Positions 51,027-59,748 of a stretch of DNA of 64,000 bases are shown here, piece after piece. The translations under genes were made by a program, and so were the position numbers. Each line of letters begins with the position of its first letter. Position 1 is the first letter of the stretch. Below the pieces are notes generated by a model. It had not been told where the DNA came from. It worked only from the letters and a program-made list of their open reading frames with translations, and searched no databases. Source of the stretch: Candidatus Aegiribacteria sp. (GTDB lineage Bacteria > Planctomycetota > Phycisphaerae > Sedimentisphaerales > Anaerobacaceae); assembly GCA_048635425.1 (NCBI GenBank), contig JAIVYN010000001.1, forward strand, positions 2,532 through 66,531. The letters are read 5' to 3'.

Positions 51027-52340
51027 TTGGAGAAATTGCGTCAGACTCTGAGAGTCAGAAAAGAACGGGCGATTCTGGTCGCCGCTGTCCTCCGCGTCCC
51101 CGATGGGCCGGACGATTTGGCTGAGCTTACAGCCTTAGCTGAAAGTGCCGGCGCCGTTGTTGTGGACAGATTCCAGCAGAAAATCCGCAAGATAAATCCC
51201 GCCACATACATAGGCAAGGGCAAAGCCGACCAGCTTGCCGGCAGAGTCAGGCGATTCAAGGCCGACGTTGTGATATTTGATAATGACCTTTCCCCGGGCC
51301 AAATTCGCGAACTTGAAGAGATTGTCAAAATCAAGGTCCTCGACCGCAGCGAACTGATTTTGGACATATTCGCCACCAGGGCAAAGACCAGACAGGCCAA
51401 ACTGCAGGTCGAGTTGGCCCAGTTGGAATATACATATCCCCGGTTGGCCCGTATGTGGTCGCACTTGGATAGCGTAGCGGGGGCAGGCGGGGGAACCGCT
51501 GCCGGCGCGGTCGGTGGTATCGGCACCAGAGGCCCGGGCGAACAGCAGTTGGAAATCGACCGGCGATTAGTCAGCAAAAGAATCACCGAGCTGAAACGCG
51601 AGCTTGTAAATATTGACAAGCGCAGGATTCGCGAGATTAACGCTCGAAAGGGATTGTTCAAAATCTGTCTCGTTGGTTATACCAATGCGGGCAAAAGCAC
51701 GCTCCTGAACACACTTACAGATGCGGGGGTCCTTGTCGAGGACAGGCTCTTTGCAACACTGGACACGCGAACAAGAAAATGGACGCCGGCCAGAGGCGCC
51801 GATGTGGTGGTCAGCGATACAATTGGTTTTGTGAAAAATTTACCGCATCAATTGGTCGCCTCGTTTAAGGCAACGCTCGAAGAGGCCGTCAATGCGGATT
51901 TGCTCCTGCATATCATAGATGTAGCCAATTCCGATACGCTAAAGCAAATCGAATCTGTAAATAACGTTCTCAAAGAGATTGGCTGCGGCCAAAAACCGAT
52001 TTTGGAAGTGTTTAACAAAGTCGATATTGTCAGAAAAATCGGCGACCTTGAGATGCTCCAAACGCTCTATCCCGATGCGGTATGTATATCAGCCAAAACC
52101 GGCTACGGCCTGGAGAAATTAAATGAAGCAGTCGCTGCAAGGTACAAAGGCACTGAGCTTCTGCTTCGGGTCGCCAGCAGCCAATCGAACGGCAAGGTCC
52201 AGAGTTTCCTGCGGGCGCACGGCCAAATTCTAAACGAGCAATACCAGGACAGCTCTGTTCTGATTGACGCCAAGCTCGGCCGAAACCAGCTCCCCGACCT
52301 AAAACGCCTGCACCCTGAAGCCATCGATATAATTGATTAA
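51027..52340 (+). CDS. hflX: GTPase HflX
   Basis: 437 aa with a TTG start. HflX N-domain, then G1 GYTNAGKST, G3 DTIGF and G4 NKVD. Confidence 0.9.
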   Translation: MEKLRQTLRVRKERAILVAAVLRVPDGPDDLAELTALAESAGAVVVDRFQQKIRKINPATYIGKGKADQLAGRVRRFKADVVIFDNDLSPGQIRELEEIVKIKVLDRSELILDIFATRAKTRQAKLQVELAQLEYTYPRLARMWSHLDSVAGAGGGTAAGAVGGIGTRGPGEQQLEIDRRLVSKRITELKRELVNIDKRRIREINARKGLFKICLVGYTNAGKSTLLNTLTDAGVLVEDRLFATLDTRTRKWTPARGADVVVSDTIGFVKNLPHQLVASFKATLEEAVNADLLLHIIDVANSDTLKQIESVNNVLKEIGCGQKPILEVFNKVDIVRKIGDLEMLQTLYPDAVCISAKTGYGLEKLNEAVAARYKGTELLLRVASSQSNGKVQSFLRAHGQILNEQYQDSSVLIDAKLGRNQLPDLKRLHPEAIDIID

Positions 52341-52422
52341 TGACGATTGATTATTGATTATCGATAAGTTCGTGACCCGTCGCTCGTATTTAGTGATGCG
52401 TATTGAGTATATCGTATTGCGT
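52332..52422. repeat. Heptamer-periodic tract (13 units: ATTGATT family grading into NNNTCGT/GCGT family)
   Basis: ATTGATT AATGACG ATTGATT ATTGATT ATCGATA AGTTCGT GACCCGT CGCTCGT ATTTAGT GATGCGT ATTGAGT ATATCGT ATTGCGT. It overlaps the hflX stop. Confidence 0.8.
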
Positions 52423-53015
52423 GAAGACTTTCGCTCCAAGTTACGAAATTTGCTCGTGAAGCCCTTCGGACCGTTTGACTGTGCTCCCACCTTCGCTACT
52501 CTACTTCGCCGGAGGCTATGTAGAAACCAGCTACGGAGGGCAAGCAGGGCAGGCTTTGCTCAGGACAGGCTCTATAATTAGAGCTATCTGCGTGTTTGAT
52601 GCGAAAAAAGTGGTGCCTGGAATGAAAACTGGTGAGCTAAGTCGTTGTCAAAAAAGAAGTAAAAAAAATTTTGGAATTTTGGTTTTTTGCTTATAGGTAT
52701 CAGCGTATTTGATTGAAAACTTGCGGGTATTTTACCTATTTTGGCGCATAAGGTCACACTTTCAACGTGCTTAGCCTTGCTTACTTTTCAAGTAAGTATC
52801 AGCGTATTTGATCGAAAATCGTGTCGTTCGATACTCGCGGTCTTTTGTGGAATCTGCTCATGCTTCTCGTCTTGGGTGTATTGTACGAACACGAGCAAAT
52901 GCGGGGAAAAACTCTTGCAAGCTGTGACGATAATACGATAGAATGAGCCGGTCTCAAAAATCCAACTGGGCGTATGGCCTTATCAAAATGCTAACCAGAT
53001 AACGGGAGGTTGAAT

Positions 53016-53861
53016 ATGAAGTGGATGCTCCGAAGTTTGATAATTATTGCTTTTGCTCTTTGTGTTGCTCAGGCCTATGGCATTGAAGGCGTCGAAATTG
53101 TTCCGGATGTTGTTTACGGACATAAGCACGGCATGGCCCTGACATTCGATGTTTACAAGCCCAAACAGGAAGCCAATGGGGTGGGGATTCTGTTTATGGT
53201 CAGCGGCGGCTGGGTTTCCAGATGGCGTTCGCCGGAACAGAGCATGAGCTGGTTCAAGCCGATGTTAGACAAAGGCTTTACCGTATTTGCCGTACGTCAC
53301 GGCAGCAGTCCGAAGTACGTGATTCCCGAAATTATCGAGGACGTACGCCGCAGCGTGCGTTTTATCCGCCTGCGGGCGAAGGATTTCGATGTTGACCCCG
53401 AGCGATTGGGTGTTGCCGGTGCCAGTGCCGGGGGACACTTGTCTTTGATGCTGGGCACGACTTCCGACAATGGTGACCCCAACTCTAAGGATGAAGTTCT
53501 TCGCGTCAGCGACCGGGTTGCCGCCGTGGTGGCTTATTTTCCGCCCACCGACATCCGTCCGTTGGTCAACAAGCTGCCCGATTACCCGGCCCTGAACTTC
53601 GAAGAAGAGAAGGCGGCGGCCTGTTCGCCTTTGTTGCATGTCTCAAAGGACGATCCGCCCACGCTGCTTATTCACGGGGACAAAGATGAGCTGGTACCGC
53701 TCGAACACAGCGAGAATATTCTCGCGGAATTCAAGAAACACAAAGTAATTAGTGAGTTGCTGGTTATCAAGGGTGCCGGTCACGGCTTCCGGGGTGAAGA
53801 CGGCAAGCGTGCCGCCGAGTCACTGGTGGCGTGGTTCGAAAAGCATTTGCTCAAGAAGTGA
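53016..53861 (+). CDS. Secreted alpha/beta hydrolase (esterase/lipase family)
   Basis: Start at the ATG 53016 (GGGAGG 7 nt upstream). Signal peptide, GASAGGHL nucleophile elbow, and C-terminal HGDKDELVP / GAGHGF. Confidence 0.75.
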   Translation: MKWMLRSLIIIAFALCVAQAYGIEGVEIVPDVVYGHKHGMALTFDVYKPKQEANGVGILFMVSGGWVSRWRSPEQSMSWFKPMLDKGFTVFAVRHGSSPKYVIPEIIEDVRRSVRFIRLRAKDFDVDPERLGVAGASAGGHLSLMLGTTSDNGDPNSKDEVLRVSDRVAAVVAYFPPTDIRPLVNKLPDYPALNFEEEKAAACSPLLHVSKDDPPTLLIHGDKDELVPLEHSENILAEFKKHKVISELLVIKGAGHGFRGEDGKRAAESLVAWFEKHLLKK

Positions 53862-53993
53862 ATCGAGGTGGCTGTCACCCGAAAAACTTATTTTGTTTTG
53901 TTACTTAGCTGCGCAGACGCAGAAGGCTGAAGAATCGCATTTTTTTCGGCGTTGCCAGAGGATAAGGTTAAATTTTTGGAATGGAGGTAAGCA

Positions 53994-54407
53994 ATGGAAA
54001 AACGTCCTGAATCGAAGAGTTGCAGGCGGTTTACCATCGTGAAGAGAGTCCTCGTTTACGGGATATTATCTTGTTTGGTCCTCCTTCTTATCATATTTGG
54101 AATAGTCTGTTGGGATATCAGGTCAAGCGTCAAAGCGATTTGCGCCGAAGCGAAACAGGAATACACAGGGGATAGGATCGAGGCATTGATAGCGTACGTG
54201 AACTCTGAAAGCCATAGTCTCAGGGACAGAAATCATGCAGTTTGGGCCCTTGGCCAAATCGGTGACAAGCGCGCTTTACCAGTGCTGGAGGGGTTTGATA
54301 CAGGCTGGCCCTGTAACCACGACAAATATCTATGTCAACGGGAGCTTCGAAAAGCAATAAAGTTATGTAAAGGCGGACTAAATCTAACCGCCTGGCTCCC
54401 CCGATAA
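53994..54407 (+). CDS. Small membrane-anchored protein with a HEAT-like repeat
   Basis: 137 aa. TM helix (VLVYGILSCLVLLLIIFGIV), then RNHAVWALGQIGDKRALPVLE. Confidence 0.45.
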   Translation: MEKRPESKSCRRFTIVKRVLVYGILSCLVLLLIIFGIVCWDIRSSVKAICAEAKQEYTGDRIEALIAYVNSESHSLRDRNHAVWALGQIGDKRALPVLEGFDTGWPCNHDKYLCQRELRKAIKLCKGGLNLTAWLPR

Positions 54408-54573
54408 ACTTCGAATCTAACGAGCCTCTCCCCGCTCGGCTTAGGTGCGGTCGTTGTTGAAATTCATACGTGTTTGGTGAAAGTGTAGAAATTTCCCTTG
54501 ATTTTTGGACTCAAAAAGTGTATTGTTTCGTTGTGGTTGGTAAATCTCCGCTCAAAGAAACTACAGGTGCGAT

Positions 54574-55527
54574 ATGGATGAAAGAAGAAGACTCGTGCTA
54601 CGTAGCGATTCGTCCTTCGCAGTCCCGATTTTATCGGGACGGAGAACGGATGTACTTCGCAGAGTAGGCTTCACACTTATTGAACTCTTGGTGGTGATTG
54701 CGATTATAGCATTATTGATGGCCATATTGATGCCGGCGCTCCAGGTAGCAAAGGAAATTGCCTCGGGGGTGGTCTGTTTGGGTAACCACAGGAGTCTCGT
54801 CGCAGGATGGATTATATACGCCGACGACAACGACGGCGTGCTGATGTGCAATGGGGCCTGCTATGATCAGGCGGATGACGATAGCCCGTGGGTCCACCGG
54901 CCCAAGAATCCTGCCGGCAGCAATCTGTCTTATAATCCGGCGCCGGAGAACATCAGGAATGAGGACCGCTATCGAGGGATACAGCAGGGGACGATGTGGC
55001 AGTACGTTAAGGATGTGGACGTCTATCACTGTCCCGGTGATAATCGCAGGAGCACAAGGCGGCCCCCACGTGATTGTTTTCGCAGCTATTCTATCTCCTA
55101 TGCTTTCGGCACCCGTCGCGCTAAAGATATTGGTAATCGGGGATACAATTACTATCTCAGGATGCAGGATGTTAGAGATGCACCGCAGTATTATGTCTTT
55201 GTCGAAGAAGAGCATAACGGCAGCCGCTATGGTGAAAACGAAGGGGGATGGCATTTGCCTTATGACAGTGGTGGAAATCGCATAACTAATCCGGGCAGTT
55301 GGATCTTCTATGATCCTTTGGCTTCTTACCACAACAAGTCCAGCACGTTTGGATTTGCCGATGGCCATGCGGACAAGCGCAGATGGATGGATAAGCGAAC
55401 CCTCCAGTTCATCAGGGAAAATGCCGAAAACCCGTCTTCCCATTCCGGAATACGTACATCTTCACCTGGCAATGAAGATGTCCGGTGGTTAATAGAACAC
55501 TTTATCCAAACAAAACGTATCAAGTGA
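54574..55527 (+). CDS. Prepilin-type N-terminal domain / H-X9-DG protein (pseudopilin-like, paralog 1); start uncertain
   Basis: [25 protein letters not shown] prepilin motif and C-terminal H-x9-DG ([12 protein letters not shown]). The SD-proximal ATG at 54650 is out of frame, so the in-frame ATG at 54574 is used here. That gives an unusually long leader. Confidence 0.7.
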   Translation: MDERRRLVLRSDSSFAVPILSGRRTDVLRRVGFTLIELLVVIAIIALLMAILMPALQVAKEIASGVVCLGNHRSLVAGWIIYADDNDGVLMCNGACYDQADDDSPWVHRPKNPAGSNLSYNPAPENIRNEDRYRGIQQGTMWQYVKDVDVYHCPGDNRRSTRRPPRDCFRSYSISYAFGTRRAKDIGNRGYNYYLRMQDVRDAPQYYVFVEEEHNGSRYGENEGGWHLPYDSGGNRITNPGSWIFYDPLASYHNKSSTFGFADGHADKRRWMDKRTLQFIRENAENPSSHSGIRTSSPGNEDVRWLIEHFIQTKRIK

Positions 55528-55645
55528 TTGCCGTTCCTTGATACCTCTCAATTCGCCACAGAAGCTGTAAAATAGCGCCTCATGGACCGTTTTTTGCGAT
55601 TGGTTTCTATCTTGTTTGGTGTCGGATTAAATTATCGAAAAAAGC

Positions 55646-55675
55646 TTGCATTTCTGCGACTGAGTGTATTATAAT
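55646..55675 (+). promoter_or_regulatory. Candidate promoter of pseudopilin paralog 2
   Basis: TTGCAT (55646-55651), 18-nt spacer, TATAAT (55670-55675). Identical in paralog 3. Confidence 0.5.
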
Positions 55676-55707
55676 AATGGCAGAGACGCACACCGAGGAG
55701 ACTCATC

Positions 55708-55755
55708 ATGTCTGGTGAAAATTCTCGGTTTGGAAAGGCTTCTTCCAAAGAGTAG
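55708..55755 (+). CDS. Candidate 15-aa upstream ORF in the pseudopilin leader
   Basis: GAGGAG 7 nt upstream. Encodes [15 protein letters not shown]-stop. Its TAG overlaps the main-ORF SD (TAGGAG). Confidence 0.3.
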   Translation: MSGENSRFGKASSKE

Positions 55756-55765
55756 GAGAACTGAT

Positions 55766-56560
55766 ATGTATAAAGGAAAAGGGTTTACCTTGATAGAGCT
55801 TTTGGTGGTAATCGCTATCATCGCAGTGCTGATGGCGATATTGCTGCCGGCACTGCACCGTGTCAGAGAACAGGGCAAGCGTGCGGTTTGCCTTAGCAAT
55901 CTGAAGCAGTTGGGATTGTCGTGGATTATGTACGCCGATGATAACGATGATGTCCTTGTCAACGGCGCGATAGGCTATAGCAATGCCACCACGGGCTGGG
56001 GCAAACACGCAAATGAGGTGGCCTGGGTCGATCGGCTTGCAACCGGGTGGGACGAACAGCAGGACGCAATCAGGGACGGCGCTTTGTGGCCTTATGTTAA
56101 GGATGTCAAAATGTACAGGTGCCCGACGGGGCTGCCCGAAGAGGCGCTGACATACGCAATAATGTTCTCAATGAATTCTGTTAACCATCCCCCGACCCAG
56201 GGAGTAAAGGGCGCACACATCAAGAAAAGGATGGAGATTCATAATCCTGCACCTCCTTACAGAATCGTTTTTATTGATGAGGGCTGGATGACACCGGATG
56301 CCTTTGCCGTTCATTATGACACTGAGCAATGGTGGGATGACGCCCCCGTCCGACACGGCGACGGCACAACCCTCTCTTTTGCGGACGGACACAGTGAGCA
56401 TTGGAAGTGGAAAGGCATCGACACGATAAAACGTGCCAGAGTCGTCGAGCGCAGCCACCAGGGCAACTGGGGACCCGAAACGCCCACGGGTTTCCGGGAC
56501 CTGTACAGGATGCAGAAGGGTTGTTGGGGGAAATTAGGTTATACACCAACTCATCCATAG
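55766..56560 (+). CDS. Prepilin-type N-terminal domain / H-X9-DG protein (paralog 2)
   Basis: Start trimmed to the ATG at 55766 (AGGAG upstream). [31 protein letters not shown]-x9-DG is [12 protein letters not shown]. Confidence 0.8.
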   Translation: MYKGKGFTLIELLVVIAIIAVLMAILLPALHRVREQGKRAVCLSNLKQLGLSWIMYADDNDDVLVNGAIGYSNATTGWGKHANEVAWVDRLATGWDEQQDAIRDGALWPYVKDVKMYRCPTGLPEEALTYAIMFSMNSVNHPPTQGVKGAHIKKRMEIHNPAPPYRIVFIDEGWMTPDAFAVHYDTEQWWDDAPVRHGDGTTLSFADGHSEHWKWKGIDTIKRARVVERSHQGNWGPETPTGFRDLYRMQKGCWGKLGYTPTHP

Positions 56561-56765
56561 CCCTAACTTTTTGTGCTTATCGATTTTTGTTCCGCCGGGC
56601 CTGCAAGTGAGTTGTTTGGGGCAGGTGATGAGTGTGCCCGGCGTTAATCACTTTGTGTTCTTGTTGATAAGGGGGCTTTTGTGGTCAGGCGGTTTTTGAT
56701 TTGATGAGCCCAAAACGCTTGTAGCTGCTCGGCTTGCCGTGTCGGATTGAATTATCGAAAAAAGC

Positions 56766-56795
56766 TTGCATTTCTGCGACTGAGTGTATTATAAT
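56766..56795 (+). promoter_or_regulatory. Candidate promoter of pseudopilin paralog 3
   Basis: Same TTGCAT-N18-TATAAT as at 55646, exactly 1120 nt downstream. Confidence 0.5.
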
Positions 56796-56827
56796 AATGT
56801 CAGAGACGCACACCGAGGAGACTCATC

Positions 56828-56875
56828 ATGTCTGGTGAAAATTCTCGGTTTGGAAAGGCTTTTTCAAAAGAGTAG
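56828..56875 (+). CDS. Candidate 15-aa upstream ORF (second copy)
   Basis: [15 protein letters not shown]-stop. It has one substitution relative to copy 1, with the same SD and the same TAG/SD overlap. Confidence 0.3.
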   Translation: MSGENSRFGKAFSKE

Positions 56876-56885
56876 GAGAACTGAT

Positions 56886-57683
56886 ATGGGAAAAGGAAAA
56901 GGATTTACATTGATAGAACTTTTGGTGGTAATTGCTATCATCGCAGTACTGATGGCAATATTGATACCGGCACTGCACAGAGCCAGGGAGCAGGGCAGGC
57001 GAGCGCTTTGCCTGAGCAATCTGAAGCAGCTGACGATGGCGTGGATTATGTACGCCGATGATAACGACGATGTCCTCGTCAACGGCGCCATAGGCTATAG
57101 CAATGCCGAGACGGGCTGGGGCAAACACAAAGGTGAAAAGGCATGGGTCGATCGTCTTGCAACCGGGTGGGATGAACAGCAGGACGCGATCAGGGACGGC
57201 GCCTTGTGGCCTTATGTTCCGGATGTCAAAATGTACAGGTGCCCGACGGGGCGGAAAGAAGAGGCGCTGACATACGCTATAATGTTTTCTATGAATGCTG
57301 TTAACCATACCTGGGTCCAAGGAGTACCTAATACCCACATCAAGAAAAGGACCGAGATTCATAATCCGGCCCCTCCCTACAGACTTGTTTTCATCGATGA
57401 AGGCTATATGACTCCGGATGCTTATGCTGTTTATTATAGAGATGAGTACTGGTTTGACAGCCCTCCGGTCCGACATGGGGACGGGACGACCCTCTCCTTT
57501 GCGGATGGACACAGTGACCACTGGAGGTGGAGGGGCACCGATACGATAAAGCATGCCAGAGACGAGGAAAACACTGGTCCCCAGGTCGGGTGGACGCCGC
57601 AAACGCCCGCAGGTTACCGAGACCTTTACAGGATGCAGAAGGGTTGTTGGGGGAGATTAGGTTATACGCCAACTCATCCGTAG
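56886..57683 (+). CDS. Prepilin-type N-terminal domain / H-X9-DG protein (paralog 3)
   Basis: Start trimmed to the ATG at 56886. [30 protein letters not shown]. About 80% identical to paralog 2 by eye. Confidence 0.8.
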   Translation: MGKGKGFTLIELLVVIAIIAVLMAILIPALHRAREQGRRALCLSNLKQLTMAWIMYADDNDDVLVNGAIGYSNAETGWGKHKGEKAWVDRLATGWDEQQDAIRDGALWPYVPDVKMYRCPTGRKEEALTYAIMFSMNAVNHTWVQGVPNTHIKKRTEIHNPAPPYRLVFIDEGYMTPDAYAVYYRDEYWFDSPPVRHGDGTTLSFADGHSDHWRWRGTDTIKHARDEENTGPQVGWTPQTPAGYRDLYRMQKGCWGRLGYTPTHP

Positions 57684-57789
57684 CCCTGCCTCTTAAATTA
57701 ACAGCGGTTGTTCCATATCGGGGTGATGGCATAGTGTGGGCCGGGCGAACCTGATGTGAACAAGCTGGACAATCCAGCCTGGCCAGAGG

Positions 57790-58059
57790 TTACTGAGTCT
57801 TGTTGGGGTCTGCTTTTAGCTCGAGGTCGGGCTTTCCTGAAAGAAGACGTCGTACTTCCATTTTGGTGGCCCATTTGTGAGCATTGAGCCCATAGTATAC
57901 TGACAGCCTGGATTTGATTGTTTTATTACTGTTGCCTGTTTTTTTCATTTTGTACTGTTCCTCATTTTTATCGACCATTATGGCAATTTTCTTTAGGATA
58001 GATTCCCGCGAGGTTTGGGCGGTTAATGGTGAGAAAAAGAAACTCCCTGTGTCTTGCAA
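57790..58059 (-). CDS. Hypothetical small basic protein (doubtful)
   Basis: ORF-track entry only, with no recognisable motif. An internal ATG at 57978 is more plausible as the start. Confidence 0.2.
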   Translation of the reverse strand: MQDTGSFFFSPLTAQTSRESILKKIAIMVDKNEEQYKMKKTGNSNKTIKSRLSVYYGLNAHKWATKMEVRRLLSGKPDLELKADPNKTQ

Positions 58060-58234
58060 GGGTAATTCCGGACCTGTTCCATGATGTTTTCCTCATATAG
58101 TTAAGTTAATGATTTTAATTACTGGTCTGGTTATAAGTAATATGCTATATTCGGTACGGACTTCTAACGGGGCTGGTGTGCGGTGAAGGTCGGTAAAAAA
58201 CTGAAAAAGGATGAAAATCCTCTACAATTTCCTC

Positions 58235-58262
58235 TTGATAAGTTGCTCAATAGTCATATAAT
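58235..58262 (+). promoter_or_regulatory. Candidate promoter of the 58313 lipoprotein gene
   Basis: TTGATA (58235-58240), 16-nt spacer, TATAAT (58257-58262). Confidence 0.45.
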
Positions 58263-58312
58263 TTCGCTTGAGTTGAGATGTGGAAATTTAAGATTTTTGA
58301 AAGGGTAGAAAA

Positions 58313-58693
58313 ATGAAGAATGTGAGAAATGCTGTTCTCTGCTGTCTGATTGCACTTTGTCTATTTGCTATCTTGGGATGCGGCAAGAAGGCAGACGAGA
58401 ACAAACCTATCAGTGAGGTGAAGGCCGAAGCCGAAAAGCTGGACACGGATGGATTAAGAGCTATGGCAATGGTGTACCAAAAGGCAATCGCGGCCAAGAA
58501 CAGCGAGATTGAGAAACTGACTGCTAAACTCAAGGACATCCCAGTCACAGAAATGATGGGCGATGAAGCTAAGGAGCTAAAGGCCGATATTGACAATCTA
58601 AACACGTCCATATCTGCGCTCAAAGAGCGATTTGAGGTCTATTATCAAAAGCTGAAAGAGCAAGGTGGTGACCTGTCTGGTCTTCAGATATAA
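58313..58693 (+). CDS. Coiled-coil lipoprotein (unknown function)
   Basis: 126 aa with lipobox FAILGC. The remainder is helical and K/E-rich. Confidence 0.55.
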   Translation: MKNVRNAVLCCLIALCLFAILGCGKKADENKPISEVKAEAEKLDTDGLRAMAMVYQKAIAAKNSEIEKLTAKLKDIPVTEMMGDEAKELKADIDNLNTSISALKERFEVYYQKLKEQGGDLSGLQI

Positions 58694-58830
58694 GCCGGAA
58701 TCAATAAGTGTTTACTGTCATCGTTTGAATACTATTGGTTGTTACAGCAAGTTTGCTTGCATTTTCTTGTGTGCCGACTCAATAGCAAGAATGTCTGTGA
58801 ATGTATCCACAGACTGAAAGGGTAATCACA

Positions 58831-59673
58831 ATGAATACAGGTATAGAAGCTATCTTACAACAGGTCTATGAATATTTAGCCCAATATGGATTTAAGGTCA
58901 TAGGGGCCATAATAATCCTTCTCGTTGGTCGATGGCTGGCCAAATTCATCTCACAATGGATAGAAAGAGTACTTATCAAATCTCGCGTTGACAAGACATT
59001 AGCTAAATTTGCCAAGAATTTAAGTAACATGGTTATGCTAATATTTGTCCTTATCGCTGCCATGGCAAGGCTGGGAGTTGAAACAGCTCAGTTTGCAATA
59101 GTTCTTGGTGCAGCGGGTTTAGCTATAGGATTGGCCCTACAAGGTTCACTCTCTAATTTTGCTTCGGGTTTTCTAATGATTATTTTCCGTCCCTTTAAGG
59201 TCGGAGATTTTATTGAGGCAGCAGGAGTGAAGGGAACAGTCATTGAAATTCAGTTATTCAATACGATTATCAATACTCCAGATAATATTCGTGCGATAAT
59301 CCCTAACGCTCAGATAACAGGTGGTAATGTTTTGAATTACACGACCAATGGGACAAGACGTGTTGATTTGGTAATTGGCGTTTCCTATGAAGATGACCTT
59401 AAAAAGGCCAAGCGAGTAATCGAGGGGGTTCTGGCCGGAGATGATAGAGTTCTCAAAGACCCCAATCCTACCGTAGCGGTCTATGAGCTTGGGGACAGCA
59501 GCGTCAATTTTGTCGTTCGTCCCTGGGTCAAATCAGTAGATTACTGGGACGCCTATTTCGACATTACTTCAAAAGTAAAGCTTGCTCTCGATGAGAATGG
59601 TATATCGATACCTTATCCGCAGCAAGATATTCATCTCAAGAGCGGGGTTTTTCAAAGCAGCAAACCGGTTTAA
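58831..59673 (+). CDS. mscS: Small-conductance mechanosensitive channel (MscS family)
   Basis: Start trimmed to the ATG at 58831. Three TM helices, then the MscS beta-domain signature (RPFKVGDFIEAAGVKGTVIEIQLFNT...PN). Confidence 0.85.
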   Translation: MNTGIEAILQQVYEYLAQYGFKVIGAIIILLVGRWLAKFISQWIERVLIKSRVDKTLAKFAKNLSNMVMLIFVLIAAMARLGVETAQFAIVLGAAGLAIGLALQGSLSNFASGFLMIIFRPFKVGDFIEAAGVKGTVIEIQLFNTIINTPDNIRAIIPNAQITGGNVLNYTTNGTRRVDLVIGVSYEDDLKKAKRVIEGVLAGDDRVLKDPNPTVAVYELGDSSVNFVVRPWVKSVDYWDAYFDITSKVKLALDENGISIPYPQQDIHLKSGVFQSSKPV

Positions 59674-59691
59674 TCAAAAAAAGAGGCGATA

Positions 59692-59720
59692 AACATCAAT
59701 CTTTAAGCTGATGTTTTATA
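59692..59720 (+). terminator. Possible terminator after mscS
   Basis: AACATCA, 10-nt loop, TGATGTT, followed by TTATAAA. The T-run is weak. Confidence 0.35.
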
Positions 59721-59748
59721 AACGTGTTTGATTGGATAGGAGTATATT

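Noticed and set aside
55664-55765. N-terminal extensions of pseudopilin ORFs in the track ([15 protein letters not shown]..., also at 56784-56885)
   Set aside because: These starts fall inside the TATAAT promoter element. A canonical AGGAG-ATG followed at once by the prepilin motif (M[11 protein letters not shown]) gives the real start.
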